Source of the DNA: Tubiluchus corallicola
Lineage: Eukaryota > Animalia > Priapulida
DNA length: 64,000 nucleotides
Assembly: GCA_030141605.1 (NCBI GenBank)
Contig: JAQGDQ010000165.1
Coordinates: forward strand, 248,001-312,000
Direction: 5' to 3'
A model generated the notes under the pieces. That model did no database searches. It had not been told where the DNA came from and worked only from the letters and a program-made list of their open reading frames with translations. How positions within the stretch are numbered: position 1 is the first letter of the stretch; the number at the start of each line of letters is the position of its first letter. A program made the position numbers and the translations under genes. Below are positions 40,001 to 53,309 of the stretch, in pieces.

Positions 40001-42544
40001 AAAAATCTTAACAAAAAAAAACTCTTTGATCAAATAAAGCTATGTGATAAAAAGATATTGCAACAATGACTATTACACTCAATCGCCCACATGAATAGCC
40101 TATCATTCATGTTTGGAACGATGTGCTCCGGTGTTCTGATGCTTTTCAACAATTCAACTAGATCCCGAGATGTCTCATTTAGTGACGGCATGAAAGTGGA
40201 CACCTGAAGTGGCTTCATCATCAATGTGTTAAGAACTCTCCTCTGTCTGTGCCACTCTTTACCCTCTCTGCAATGAACACAACATTCTCTTTTCAACTAA
40301 CAAGCAGCAATAAACATCTTAACTTACTTAAAGGTATTATATCTAACGTACATGTTTTTACTATCTTTGCAGCATCTGAATTAATGACAGCATAATGTGT
40401 CTAAAACATGTTTATTATTAATAAATCCAGATGGGAAATGGGTATAAAAATGACCAAGCAAGAATTTCAAGTTCTTAGCTCCAGGGTATTTAGGATAAAA
40501 CATAAATCCCACACGGTGATAGCCACAAAAGGAGGTCTGCTGTTATATCTTGTAAGCGGGCACACCAATTACTCTTTTTTTGGTTTTGAGGCTGACAAAA
40601 AAATGCATCAACAAGTAAAATTAGCAATAGTGATCTCATACGTCCATTTTTGCTTACAAAAATCTGGACCTCATGAAATAGAAAATAAAACGTCGTCGCA
40701 GCAAGACTTTATTCATCAAATTCACAAAAAATAATAGCATCGAGCTAGACATTGTACAAATGGCAAACAGGAGGCAACACAGATAAACCCTCCACAGAGA
40801 TGAAGCTACTTACATCTCAGGACTAACAGACCTGGCTAACCGCTTTGCTCAGCCGTCTGGTCGATTTTTTACCTGATTGACCAACTTCTTGTGCTGCCAT
40901 TTACCATGCGACAGGTGAAGAAATAAGGAAAGATAGGAATGGTTATGATTGATTAACTGTGGGATGAAATGTCATGTCCCTCTGGTGGGTATCGGTTGCA
41001 ATACTGCAGTAATTACGTGAACCTACCTCACTAACATTGTGGGCATCTTCCAGACCACAAGTGTAAGAATATGAATGATTGATGACATGTCATGGTTTGC
41101 AAAACTACATTAGGTTACTTCAAACATCCCAGCCCACACGTCTATACATTTTGTTTGAGATACATGGACATTAGTCTTAATAACAGCTAAAACACATTAA
41201 CAACATAACACATAAAACTAAGGTTGTCACGGTTTGCTGATGTTTGGTAGAACAGCCATTGCCATAAGTGCACATATATAAATATCTATTATATTACTGT
41301 TTATATCATTTTTTAAAAATATTATGAATTTTTGGTTTACAATCCAGTTGATCATTTCAGAATGATCCATTGGATCAAACATCATGAGTTTGGATAAAAC
41401 AATTTTGATTTGTATTTCCATGTGGATATCGGCATTTTTTCAAAACATAAAGAAGTCAGTAACAAAGTTCGCAAAAGAATTAAATGACGAACTAAAAAAT
41501 GTCTCACACCTAAACAAAATAAAGCATGTACTGTATTGCCAAAGTTACACTGATACATACGCTAGTAAGATTCCACTAGCTTCCCCGCTAACTTCTCTAT
41601 AATGCGTCCAGATTGGTATCTCGTTCCTCATCGGATATTTAGAATCCTGTCGGACAAACTGTTCCAGGTCATCCGCATCGTTCAAACTGACAATCTCCAT
41701 TTTAAGAAATTTTACGTAAATGATTGGTCCGAGCTCCCTGTGCCAGTCATCAAACATCTTGTGAGCTTGCTGGTGCTGGGCATATTTAGCGGCTATAATG
41801 AAACAAACCTTTACAACCTTACAGTGAATAACACCTTACATACTTAAAAGTTGTTCACGTTTTATGCTTTTCCAAGAACCCTGGATTACTGGGTTACGTT
41901 TTACTATGTTCACTGCCCAGTGATGGCATCTTGTCAATGTTGTACTCAGTACCATAATTTTTCCATTTTCAAGAAAAGCATTTGTAACAGAAAGCATGGC
42001 TTGCTGCCTACCGTGAAACTAAGTAACTTTTGTTAGATCAATAAACACCTCAAACGTTTCTTTTCACACTACCTAAGTTTATCTCAAGTGTAGAATTTAG
42101 CAAATAATCGTGTCTCACAAAAAGTGCATCCTTCCAATACAGTTTCATAGAGCACAGGGTTTGCCAGTTTCTGGCATGAGGAAGGGGTAAATGGTAAGAA
42201 AATACAGACCTTTGAATTATACAGATCTAGCTAATGTCTAGACTGCTACACCCTATTCATGTCTCTGGTTAAATACCATATAAAACATGAAATGTTTTAC
42301 TAATATTAATATCGACATTACCTTGAAAAAAATGTCCTAAGCCTGGAAAAGAAAATTTTCTTGGAATAGCTGAAAATGGCTTGACGTCTTCTACATCAGA
42401 AGCAGCAGCCAATTTGTAAGCATGTGCAGCATTTTGTAACTGCCTGAGCTGGTAGCAAGTACTGCCATTTGGTTGAGTGATGCTTCTTGATAAAGATTTC
42501 CTAACAAGTTCTGAAGTGCAAGAGTACCGCAGAATCTTTGTCAT
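30919..42544 (-). CDS. Mitochondrial-clan cytochrome P450, copy B (tandem paralog), 10 coding exons, 529 aa
   Basis: Exons 42322-42544, 41561-41792, 40077-40267, 39308-39517, 37064-37224, 36089-36258, 34852-34930, 33384-33549, 32105-32148, 30919-31032. Same intron phases as copy A; total 1590 nt. Motifs KYPMRN, WHRQR, AAVDTT, KELLR, PERW, FGFGVRGCAG. Confidence 0.92.
32105..32148 (-). CDS. CYP copy B coding exon 9
   Basis: GRRFAILEMRLLLAH. Confidence 0.88.
32755..33255. repeat. Minisatellite, about 48-50-bp unit, about 10 copies (CYP B intron 8)
   Basis: cagtctttgcattacaacatggtacccattgtttgcctaacaccaggcca variants. Confidence 0.93.
33384..33549 (-). CDS. CYP copy B coding exon 8
   Basis: TFVFGALSLMSENPKYFADPESFKPERW...FGFGVRGCA. 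Confidence 0.92.
34852..34930 (-). CDS. CYP copy B coding exon 7
   Basis: VHSIAFGFGRICQEDMVVRGYHIPKG. Confidence 0.9.
35225..35360 (+). mobile_element. LINE C-terminal fragment (Rex1/Babar-like)
   Basis: Translates as HPGNEYFEMLPSGRRFRPINAKTTRTLNSFY, matching the HP..F..LPSGRR...T.R..NSF end motif. Confidence 0.65.
35529..35657. repeat. Inverted repeat / hairpin (MITE-like)
   Basis: Perfect 27-bp arms actagcacttacttgaatagagacatg / catgtctctattcaagtaagtgctagt. Confidence 0.85.
36089..36258 (-). CDS. CYP copy B coding exon 6
   Basis: TSTAVQWLLYELSRHPEVQEK...IKELLR. Confidence 0.9.
37064..37224 (-). CDS. CYP copy B coding exon 5
   Basis: GKGYVDAAL...ELMTAAVDT. Confidence 0.9.
37397..37621. 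mobile_element. Foldback MITE with about 100-bp imperfect inverted arms
   Basis: agacttttcttgcaacttgttgtgcaatttctctc... mirrored by ...gagagaagttgcacaacaagttgcaagagaagtct. Confidence 0.8.
39308..39517 (-). CDS. CYP copy B coding exon 4
   Basis: SIGTVLFQTRLGCL...SWDTLFRI. Confidence 0.9.
40077..40267 (-). CDS. CYP copy B coding exon 3
   Basis: EGKEWHRQRRVLN...WAIE. Confidence 0.9.
41561..41792 (-). CDS. CYP copy B coding exon 2
   Basis: AAKYAQHQQAHKMFDDWHRELGP...KYPMRNEIPIWTHYR. Confidence 0.88.
42322..42544 (-). CDS. CYP copy B coding exon 1
   Basis: MTKILRYS...FPGLGHFFQ; nearly identical to copy A exon 1. Confidence 0.85.
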
Positions 42545-44060
42545 TGTGCTTCAGACTTCCTACAAAATAAATATAAACAAGCTGCAACAACTTTCCTACA
42601 TCGTATGGAAAAATTAAGTACCTTAGTAATAATGCTATATTAAACTGATGACCACCAGTCATAACGAATGCAGAACAACAGCTCAAACTAATCTTGAAAA
42701 ATGAATGAAGCCCTTTATTTCAGCATCTGTAGCCTAGTAATGCTTCAGACTACTCCAAAATTGACCAAAAGTTACTTGTGGCCGTTTCTATTGTCATAAT
42801 CTGGATGACCCCAGTTCTTGTCGACTGTTGTATCAGACTAATAAACGATTGTATCAGACTGTGTTTTTATAGTAGAGCAAGGTGTACAGTATACAATTAT
42901 CTCATAGGAATATTCTCCACTGTAACAACATCTAGTTCTTTTGTGTTGAGTAATGCATTTGCTTAACATTTTGTCGACAGACTTTAATGTGGAGAATGAA
43001 GACGTAGAGACAATGTCATTGAGGTGACACAAGCGACATCAGAAAATTCAGCACATTTTGAGCATTTTTCTAAAAAACAAAATAATGTAGAATATTACAA
43101 ATTTACAAACAAAAAAATTGTGGTTAAAATTTACTTAAAAAGCAAAAACCTCCTTTTCTACTGAAATATTCGATAATTAACTAACATACACTAGCAGCTA
43201 GAAATATTACCATGTACTCACACTACTGGCTGCTGGGAGTTAGTACTGTGTGTCTGACCGTGTTTTGTTTTGGTGATGCTGAGCCTGAGAGGGGCCAATG
43301 GCGCGTTGCGCAATGCGGGAACTCTTTCTTTTGTATACATTAAATAAGTTTAAACTGAATTCATTTATTGTACATTTTTATAAAAGCGTTTATCTACAGT
43401 TCCAAACAATAGGTTGCCATGGTGCTATGTCCATTGGTCCGGCTCATGCGTCCACAACATCACACCACTATCAAGTCAATCCTAGTTTAACGGAAGTGGT
43501 GCTGACAACCCACTGGCGTACCATTGTCTAGTTTTTTTGCTGGATTACTGCTGCGTTTACCTGTCTGAAGGCAGAGTTCTTTTATTTTAGAATTCTGCCT
43601 GCCCAATGTCTACAATGGATGATGATGATGAATAGTGAACAATAGTTATCTATGGTTCTCTAATTTTAGCTGTGGCTTACACTACACTCTTCAAATATTA
43701 CTTTGATCTCCGGGCTTTGATATACTTTCGCGTCTATGACACTTTTTTTTCTGGTCGAACTAGGCGCTTGATATCAAAGTTTATGATTAGAAATGTACAG
43801 TGCTAATGTAACGTGCTGGCATTTTATAGAAGTACTTTAGTAGTCCATAATCCAGAGATGTAGTGTAGCAGTTCTTTGGTTTCTATCAACAAGCCATTTT
43901 CATCTGTTGGCTAAACTCAAAAAAGTTAATCAGGTTATACATACAAATTATATATAAGTGCTTATATATATATATAATTATTTATACGTACTGGGCTTGC
44001 AAATAGGATTAGCATTATGATGTTTCTACAGGTTGACAGTGACATTTCCAAAAAAATTGC

Positions 44061-44430
44061 TGTTGTGTTTTGTTTCTCTTGGAAGGCTCGTAGAGAAAAC
44101 CCAGAAACACTTTGTCAAATTAAACTAGTTTATTAAGCGAGAATTCTACAACACAAAAGTATGAAGGAAAGCGAAATGATTACACTAAACGTGAAAATCT
44201 GGAAAATGTTTGAGTGTATCTGAAAATACAGGTATACAAGAGAATGTGTAAGTTTGCATCCGTGTGAATTTGTGTGTGTGTGTCAGCAGTCAGCTTTGCC
44301 TTATATAGCGTGCCAGTGAAATTTCTAGAATTTTCCTTCTAGAACATTCTACAAGGTAAGACGATTATTCTAACGAAACATTCTATAATGTTCTATTTAA
44401 TTCTGAGAGATGCCAGCGATCTCCACAACA
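44061..44430 (-). repeat. 3' LTR (370 bp) of the Gypsy element
   Basis: 7-bp terminal inverted repeat; TATA-like TATATAA and AATAAA on the minus strand; adjacent polypurine tract. Confidence 0.85.
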
Positions 44431-47400
44431 CCTCCCCACCGAAATTGATGCTGTCTCCAAAGCATCAGCAACAAAGTCTCTCTCTTGGCTTGGGTGTCCT
44501 CTTGGATCGTCTGGGACTGTCCGGTCCATACTCTGACACAGGCGGCTTGGTCTCGGACATGGGCCGAGGTGCTCCGGTCTGCTTCAGACTTTCTGGCAGT
44601 TCTTCCAGGATCTCCACACGATGATCAAGTCCAAACTCAAGAGTAAAGTCGTCTCATCACCAGGCTCGTGGTCCTCTGCAGAAGCATAGCGTGGACGTAG
44701 CTGTTCCCAGTGTTGTCTCCACACTGGACCATGAGGAAAGACCTTAATGTTGAAGCAACGAGTACCCAAAACTTTCTTGATGACCGCTGGTACCCATCGG
44801 GGATGTCCACCTCGACGAGGTCCATAGTACAGTGCATAGACAGGCTCTCCAGCCTTGTACTGCTTGGTGACCTTGTCGACACCTCCCGAATCTGGAGTCA
44901 AGCGAGATGACTCCTTGGACTGCTTGCCCTGAGCAGTGTGCGCTGGTGAGGGTAGCAAGGAGTCGATCCTTGTCTGTATTTGCCGAGACATCAAGAGTTC
45001 ACTCAGAGAGAATCCACAGGATGTCAGTGTTCTCCGGTACTGCATCAGAAATTCTTGAATACTTCCTGAGCGCTTGCTTGAATGTCTGCACCAGGCGTTC
45101 TGCTGCTCCGTTGGTAGCTGGATGGTACGGTGCTCCTGTGAGATGTGTGATCCCACGTTCTCTGCACCAGCTCTGGAACTCATCAGACATGAAGGTTGAT
45201 GCATTGTCTGTGACCAGCGTGTGAGGTGACTAGAGTGGCTCTAGTGGACGTGGAAGATGTAGGGTGAATGTATGGATACTTTGAGTAAGCATCTGTGATC
45301 ACCAGTCAGTTCATACCCATGAAGTTTATGGCGTGATCCAGGTGTAAGCGGCTCCAAGGCTTCTCTGGTAGCATCCATGGGTGAACTGCAGGCTTGGATG
45401 GCTTGTTTTGATGTTCTCCACATGAGTCACATCGTCGGCTAGCCATCTCGATAGCCGCATCGATACCGCGCCAGTAGACAGCAGTTCTTGCCAACTGTTT
45501 CATGCGTTCCATGCCGAAGTGCCGGATATGCAGTAGATCCAGGATCTTGGACTGCAGGCTCTGTGGAATCACAACTCTTGATCCATGGATGAGGCATCCG
45601 TGGCAGATACTGAGTGAATCCGACAACTTCCGGTACTTTTCGACTTCTCCGTTGATCTCAGTGTGCTTGGGTGGCCATCCTTCTCGGACGTAGCACATGA
45701 CCGTGGCTAGCACTGGATCTATTCCTGACTCTAGTCGGAGGATGTTGGCATCCACAGGCTTGACTTGAAAACTGAGAACTTTAATGGCACACACCATGTC
45801 CATGTCTTCACCATTTTCCTCCCTGTCGAAGTCGTTGTCATCTCCAGATGGCAAGCGACTAAGGGCATCTGCATTGTCGTGATCTGCTGTTTTCCGGTAG
45901 TCGACGGTGTAGTCAAACTGGTTCAGCCACAGGGCCCACCAAGCTAGACGATTAGCTGCAAGAAATGGCATCCCTTTCTTCGGTCCGAAGAGTGAAGTCA
46001 GTGGCTTATGATCAGTCACCAGTATGAAATGACGCCCGTAGAGGTACTGGTAGAATTTCCGTAAGCCGAAGATAATGGCTAGGGCTTCCTTATGTATTTG
46101 ACTGTAGTTCCTTTCTGCAGCTGTGAGAGTCTTGGACACATTGGCAATTGGGCGCTCCCTTTCGTCCGGATAGCGGTAAAACAGGACACCTCCAATTCCA
46201 ACGTTGGACGCGTCACAAGCCAGTCCCAGAGGCTTGTCTGGGTCGAAATGCACAAAGACTTGATCTGAGGATAGCACATTTTTCAGCAGTTGAAATGCTG
46301 TTTGCTCCTCATCTCCATACTTCCAGGGGACTGTCTTCTTGGTCAAGCGGTAAAGAGGCCCTGCCATAGTAGCCAGGTTTAGGATGAACTTCCAGTAGAA
46401 CTGAACCGAGCCCAAGAAAGACTTCAAGCTTGAGACGTCTGTAGGAGGTGGCATCTTCATGACTTCCTCGACCTTGGATCCCTTTGCGAAGAAGGCCGAT
46501 AAGGTATGACCAAGATATTCAATAAATGGATGTGCGAACAAGCACTTTTTACGATGACATCTGAGTCCTTTGTCGTTCAGAAGAGCGAGCAAGCATCTCA
46601 GGTTGCTCAGGTGATCATTTGCGACTTGCCCACTGACGAGCATATCGTCTTGGAAGATGGCAGCTCCAGGCAGATGACTGGTCAGGTTCTCCATGATCTC
46701 CTGAAAGTAACCAGGCGTTGACTTGATTTCGAAAGGAAGTCGTTGCTGAGGAGTACACCACGGTGGGTACTGAGAGCTAGCCTGCATTGACTCTCCGGTG
46801 CCAGCTTAATTTGGTTATAGGCATCAGCAAGGTCGATCTTATCTGCCTCCCAGCTTCTGCATCAGTTCCTCTGGTAGTGGCATCAGATGATGGTGGTCCT
46901 CTAGCTGATCGTTGATGCCGACTGAGTAGTCACCACAGATCCGCAATTTGGGCTTCTGAGTGCCCGGAGTGTAAGCTTTACGAATCGGTACCACTGGCGT
47001 TCCGTATTCATTGAACTGGATTGGCTTCCAAACATCTTTGGCGATGCCTTCTTCGTAACCTTTGGCCAGGTCATCTCGAAGAGCGAATGAAACCGGGCGT
47101 GCCTTGTGAAAAACGGGCTTCGAGTCAGACTTGAACTTCACTTCCAGTTCAAAGTCCTTAAGACACCCCAATTCTTCTTTGAAGAGATCTGTTAACCTGT
47201 CACACAGGTTGTGGCAATCTTGTTGTAAGGAAGCATAAGATGTGAAGGAGGTCTCCGGACGTGACTTTTTAACACCCTCACTCTTGCCGTGACTCTCTAT
47301 GCTTCTCAGTCCTAGAGAATTGTCCACAGAAATTCCCAGCTTCTGGATAGCGTTTCGTCCAAGCAGGTTCAGGTCAGGGATCTTGGTGACGATGTAGGAT

Positions 47401-47870
47401 ATTGAGCTTTGTTTACCAGTCTTTGGATCCTTGGTTTGGCCCATGAAAGTTCCCAGCACTGGCAGGTCATGCTTGCTGGCAGACTCGTAGCGATGTCTGA
47501 CGTCATCCAGCTTTGGCTTGCCTAGTTGCTTCCAGACCGACACTGAAACGAAATTTCCTGAGGTTGCAGTGTCAAGTTCCATCTTGAACTGTTGGTCTTG
47601 GATGTTGACTTTGACATCCAAACTAGGAAAATCTTCGGGAACTTCACCGAGGATCGCCTTGACAAGCTCATCTTTCTTGATTCTCCTCATGGACTTTCCA
47701 GAATTTTGGTCCCGTTGCTGTTGTTGCTTCTTCATGCAAACAGCCTCCAAATGTCCTTTCTTGTCACAGAAATGGCACTTGGTTTCTTTGTAGCATTCAG
47801 TGACATTGTGGGCCTTTCCTCAACGGTAGCACTTTGCATCTGTGTCTGTGGAATGTGACTGCTGATGGTT
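44061..47870 (-). mobile_element. Ty3/Gypsy LTR retrotransposon (end of gag, pol, 3' LTR); 5' LTR missing, degenerate
   Basis: Zinc knuckle CHFCDKKGHLEAVC, protease ELDTATS, RT LRICGDY and FQDD, RNase H LACDASNVG, integrase HHCC and PWSRLHLD. Polypurine tract GGTGGGGAGG abuts the LTR 44061-44430, whose ends are TGTTGTG...CACAACA. Confidence 0.93.
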
Positions 47871-50090
47871 CTTTCAGGTTATTTAAAAAATTTTGTTCAG
47901 TTGAATTTTTAAAATTTCTTGTGGTGATTTTGTTGGATTTCATTTTCAGTTTAGTATGCTTTATAAGTGCAAATATAGGAAGATGATCTGCTACTTGATA
48001 AAGCAAAATTCCAGGTGTTACGTGGTTGGTGAGGTCATTTGTGTAAATACGATCAATGAGTGTATTAGTGTGATGAGTTATTCTTGTTGGTTTAGTTATA
48101 ATTGGCACAAAATTATTAGAGAATAACATGTTTGCATAATTTGTCACTGAGGTTTTGCTGTCACTACGTAGTAAATTAAAATTTATGTCACCGCATATAT
48201 AGCAAGATTCGTTAGTTTTGTTAATTAAAGATAATTTGCATTCTAGTTCTTCATGAAATTCTTCGATGTTAGCATTTGGGTGCCTGTAGATGACTCCAAA
48301 TAAAATGTTTTTGATGTTGGGTGGAGTTTCTATTTAGACATATTCGCCAGTTGCATACGGTTTGTGAACCCATTTTTACAGTCTGAGTTGTGTATTTTGT
48401 ATTGGTTGTAGAGTCACCACGAATAAATTGATACCCAGCTAAGGGTGCGAGAACAATATGATCTTTTTTAAACGGGTTTCACTTAGTGCTATAATGTCAG
48501 GAGGGGTTTGAAGGTGTAAAAGAACGTCTAAAATACTAGTGTAATTTTTGTTTATACTACTGACATTAAAATGAACAAAAGTGAAATCCGTACTGGTATT
48601 CGCTAAGTCATCTTGACTAGATAGAGTTGAAAGTTTATAATAATTATTTTCTTGATAAGGAAGAAAGTTATCAGGATCATTATTATTAGTGGAAAAGTTA
48701 GTAAAAGTAGAAAACTCGCACAAAGAAGGTAGACTGGTCAGAGTCGACATGGATACATCTATTCTGAAAAATTCTTGTATATCCTCATTCTCTTGTTCCT
48801 GGAAGGGGAAAATATCATTTAAGCATTTAATACAATAATAAATATCATTATTACTTCCTTGTATATTGAATTGGTTAATTGACAGAGCAGTGCATTTTAA
48901 ATGGGTCCACTGATGACAATTATCACAGTTAATGGAATTTTCATTATATCTACAGGGTCTAGATTCTAGAACATTTATTGCAAGGGTGCCTAACTGGCAT
49001 AAATATTTACATTTTTTACACTTTAACTTGTTTTATTCACTACTTTGCGAAAATCTGCTTCTGTTTCTATAGCAAACACTTCACTTTCATCATTGTATTT
49101 TAACAAAATTCTACCATTTTTGGTCAACAAATATTTAAAACGTTTTTCTTTTTTGAATTGCTTAACATCATAAAGCAGTTGTTTTCGTTTTTAAGTCAAA
49201 CTCTCATTAATGTAGATTCTCTGCCTTCCATAATGGTATCTCCCAGTAGATAAATCGCTGGTATATCCGACTTCGCCTCTTTTCTTATACATCTCATCCC
49301 TCTTGGTTTTCCTAACAAACTTCACTATGATTTTTGGTGTTTCTTTCCTTACGTTTGCCGGTAATCTGTGCGACACACTGATGTCAATGTCATCTATTTG
49401 CACTCCCATCATGTTTGCTAGATCTTTCACAATCTCACTCGTATCTTCCGCTTTTGTCTCAGGTATCCCACTAATCTCCAAACATTCTCTCCTGCTATGT
49501 TGTTCTAATCTGTCAATGGTTGCATCTTTGTCTTTAACCGACGCTTGTAATGTAGCAACAGTTAACTCCAGGGATTTTACTTTAGATGTAAGTGAATTCA
49601 CCTGTGTGACTACGCTTGAAATTTCCTTTTTCATATCCTCAAGCTGTTTGAAATAAACTGTTGCGATTGCTTAATTTCTTCTGTTTCTTCAGAAAATTTT
49701 CCGTCTAATGCACTAACCTGCTCTTGTAAGCTTCGAATGGCATTCAAACACTGTAGACTGACCGACGATCACTTGCTGCCGTCGAGTTGTTTTGTATTGA
49801 CTGGGTATTCGTTGGTAAATTTTGCGTAGTATCAGCTGTTTGTTCCGAAGCCGTTTGCTTTCCCGCCATATTTGAATTATTTGGCGCGTTACTAGTGGAA
49901 GCGTTTTGTGCATTCATCTCAGCAACAGACTGCGTTCTTTTGGGGTTTTTCGATCCTCGTGTCTCCATTATATCATAATCAATTATAATAAGCTTAGATA
50001 AACGTTTAAATTTTGCGTAAGAACTTTGAATTTAATGGTTTTTGTGAGAAGCTCAATCAAAGACAAACTGCTGTTTTTGCGCCCCAGCGC
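47871..50090 (-). mobile_element. L2/CR1-type LINE, 5' half (ORF1, PHD finger, APE endonuclease)
   Basis: ORF1: coiled coil, LEQHSRRECLEISGIPE, SHRL, IIVKF, IYINESLT. PHD: CDNCHQWTHLKC..YYCIKC (about 48820-49000). Endonuclease: HFNV, IIALSET, GVIYRHP, CGDIN, PTRIT..TLID, DHLPIF. Confidence 0.88.
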
Positions 50091-50905
50091 CACCTTCAAA
50101 AAGCATGTTGCCCTTCCAAGCCTTTATGGACCAGCTTCAGTATTTTAATAAAAAAGTTCTTAATAAAAACCATAATAATGTATCGTTATGAGATATTTTA
50201 ACATCGTTGGTTACCTAGTGCACGTAAAGCCTACCCTCTTACACAAATATAACATGAGCAATAATTTACTGATAGTCACAAAATAGTTTATTAGTTCTGC
50301 TTGTAAACACAGCATACATGAAGGTGGTGTAAAGTAACACATTTCAATACTGACTATGATAACAATAATTATTAAAATTATTACACTGGCAGTAATACAA
50401 CCACTGAATTGCAAAAACTCACACTAAAATTTGGCTAATTTATTGAAAATAAAGCAAAATTTTCTGGGAAATCTATTGCGATTTAGTACAACAACAACGA
50501 TGAGAGAAAACACTGCAGAGAGTTGATTCTAGCAGGTGGAAAGCGAGTAAATGTGAGAAAGTTAGACAGCCTTCAGGTTGTTCTTGATGCTAACAGCCAT
50601 TCTTCTGACGGTATCCAATTACTTTTCAACACAAAGTACACAAGATTTCCAAAAATACAAAGAGGTAGCATCATCTAGTTTTGGTCCACCGATTTTACCT
50701 AATACAAGTTCTATGACAGGCCGATGAATAGACTAAGTAAAGCCTAGTTGACAAGGCTAATTTACGAAGAACATAAATATGTTACACATTACAGAAATGC
50801 AAGTTATAAGAGGTAGGTTTTTACACACCAGTCAACTTGGTGAATCATAAAAGTACACAAATCCCTTAATGAAGTTTAGGCTACTGATAACATATGTCAC
50901 ATGTA

Positions 50906-51093
50906 CAATCAAACCTCTTTATACCGCCCACTTTGGTAGTCCAGCAAAGTTGGCGTTAAGTGAGATTGGCATTATAACAAGGTGCATTAATACTTACACG
51001 TCTGTGCAAATATAGTCATTTTGATTTGCCAAAAATCTGGGCATAAAGTGAGGATGGCGCTAACAAGGGAGGCGTTATAATGAGGTTTGACTG
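50906..51093. mobile_element. Tc1/pogo(Tigger)-like MITE
   Basis: TA|caatcaaacctctttatacc ... gttataatgaggtttgactg|TA. Confidence 0.7.
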
Positions 51094-53309
51094 TACCTTC
51101 AAAGTTGCCTATCTGCCAGTATTGAAGACGCACATCTACATATATCCTAACTATGAGTAGAGTGTTTATGACGCAATGAAATATTGTTCATCCCGATACA
51201 ATTCAAATCATTTATACTGGGTGAACATCATGGCAGGCATTTCATTGATGGTACAGGTGATATTCTCTAAGATATAAAATGGCTTATGAAAAGCTCTACT
51301 GTACAACAAATTGGCAGTGTACATTGTAAATGAGCAGGCATTTATGAGCCCAACAAAAATTACAGACATGAAAATTTATTACTACACTCAAAATGGCATG
51401 GTTTGACATGCAGACAGTTAAAGAAAGTTAAACAGCTAGAACACAAACTGGTACTGACTACACAGCATAACATAGTAGTTTCATACAAGTATCATATATC
51501 ATATCCTACAAGGAATCTAGGTTTATTATCTATGATGCAAATAATCACGTGCAGCTGATGACCAAAGATAACACTGTAATCTGTAGAACTACAATTACGT
51601 AACTACCAGCGAAGTAACAGAAACTTGAAACAAAATTTTAAGAAGAACAAACGAAACAAAAACTACAGACAGAAGATTAGAAAGAACTGGCGGGTTAAAA
51701 CCAACAATGAAATGGCACTAGAGTTTTAAACAAAAATAGGATAACAAAACAACAAAAAAGTTAGAAATCACGTGTGTTAGCTCCTAGGCAGCTAGCTTAT
51801 CTACAAAAACGAATTTTTACAAATACACAAAGTAATTGCAACATCGTCAATAAACGTAAAACTAAAAAGCTTACCATTAGTACTGACATGAAAAGCATAA
51901 TTAAGCACAATCTAAATTGACTTAGCATGCCACAAATCTGTCATAAGTTTTCACTCATTTATGCAAAGTTAGACTTTAGTCAGTGAGTGTATGAACTAGT
52001 TAGTTAATTAGCGAACACAATATCTCTACAATTCACAGGCAACTCAGATACTTAAAATTCCAGGCAGGGTACTGATTATAGTAGGGGCATACAGTGACCT
52101 TGAGTGGGTAGTTCAAGGTCAACATCTTGGATTCTCAGCAGCAACATGAATGACAGACACTTTTAACTGCTGGAAAGGGCGCCATCTGAAGGCAGGTTTA
52201 AACAATAGACAAATTATGTATTTCACAGATTCCGCAAAAGACTTACATGACATGCTGAATGTGTGATCGCTGGAAAATGTCTTTCTTAATCCAGTATACT
52301 CTGGTTCTTCAGTAGATAACTAAGACAAGCATGTTCTTTCACATAAATTAACTTAACAACTCTTTTACACATTATGAAAAGAAAAACAGACAATTTGCAA
52401 AAAAAACTTATACAGTTTTTAGAGGCAAACACAAATACACACAGCACATATTTTTAGTTACAGAACGCATGCACGCTTACAGGGTAAAACAATGAAAACA
52501 AAGCAAAATTTACATGCAAATGCTGAACTATTTATAAGCTATTACATAATTATTTACAGTGACTGCAACATTGGACATATAATAGTGGCAGTGAGAAAAT
52601 AATCTCTTCATATTAAGAAGAGGAATGGCAGTGTCTTATATATCAAATGGACACAACAAACTTACGATAATGCTAACAGTATTTACAATGCCTATTGGTG
52701 ACATCTAACTCACGATTTCAACAGTACTGCAACTCGGCATGGTTATGATTTGATGCTTCTTTCATAAAAACATCAGTAGAAAACTTTACTAGCCATTTGC
52801 AATGCTTACTGTGGCAGAACCAGGCTGAGGGTGTTGTTATCACTGCTGCTTTCGCATGGATATGCCTTGACGTTTAAACAAAAGTACTAAGCTAAAGACA
52901 TGAGCAGTACTACAGCTTACATACAGATACAATTTGGCGTTTTTCATTACCTTCATAAAAACTCCGGCTAATAATGCAATATAACCGTATACTGAGTTTC
53001 AAAATTAGCGAGTCTTGTGCGTAGCCATGACAAGAGACAAAATAATGTGGTGCTGCAACAGTTATTCGTGCACTGATCTGTAAAATCAGCTGAAACAAAG
53101 TGTTCACATCTACTGCAAAAACTGTTCTGACTATTGCACAGATAAGACTGAAGACAGTACAACTTTAACCCTTCCGAATGGTCTAGTGCGCCACGACTCT
53201 CCTCTTGAAAATTGCTCCCTTTGTATCACGTTTGTTACATTGACAGTTTATATAATACAAGTTTGTAACACGTCAAGTAAGTTGACAGTTAGTTCATCAC
53301 ACGTAGTGC

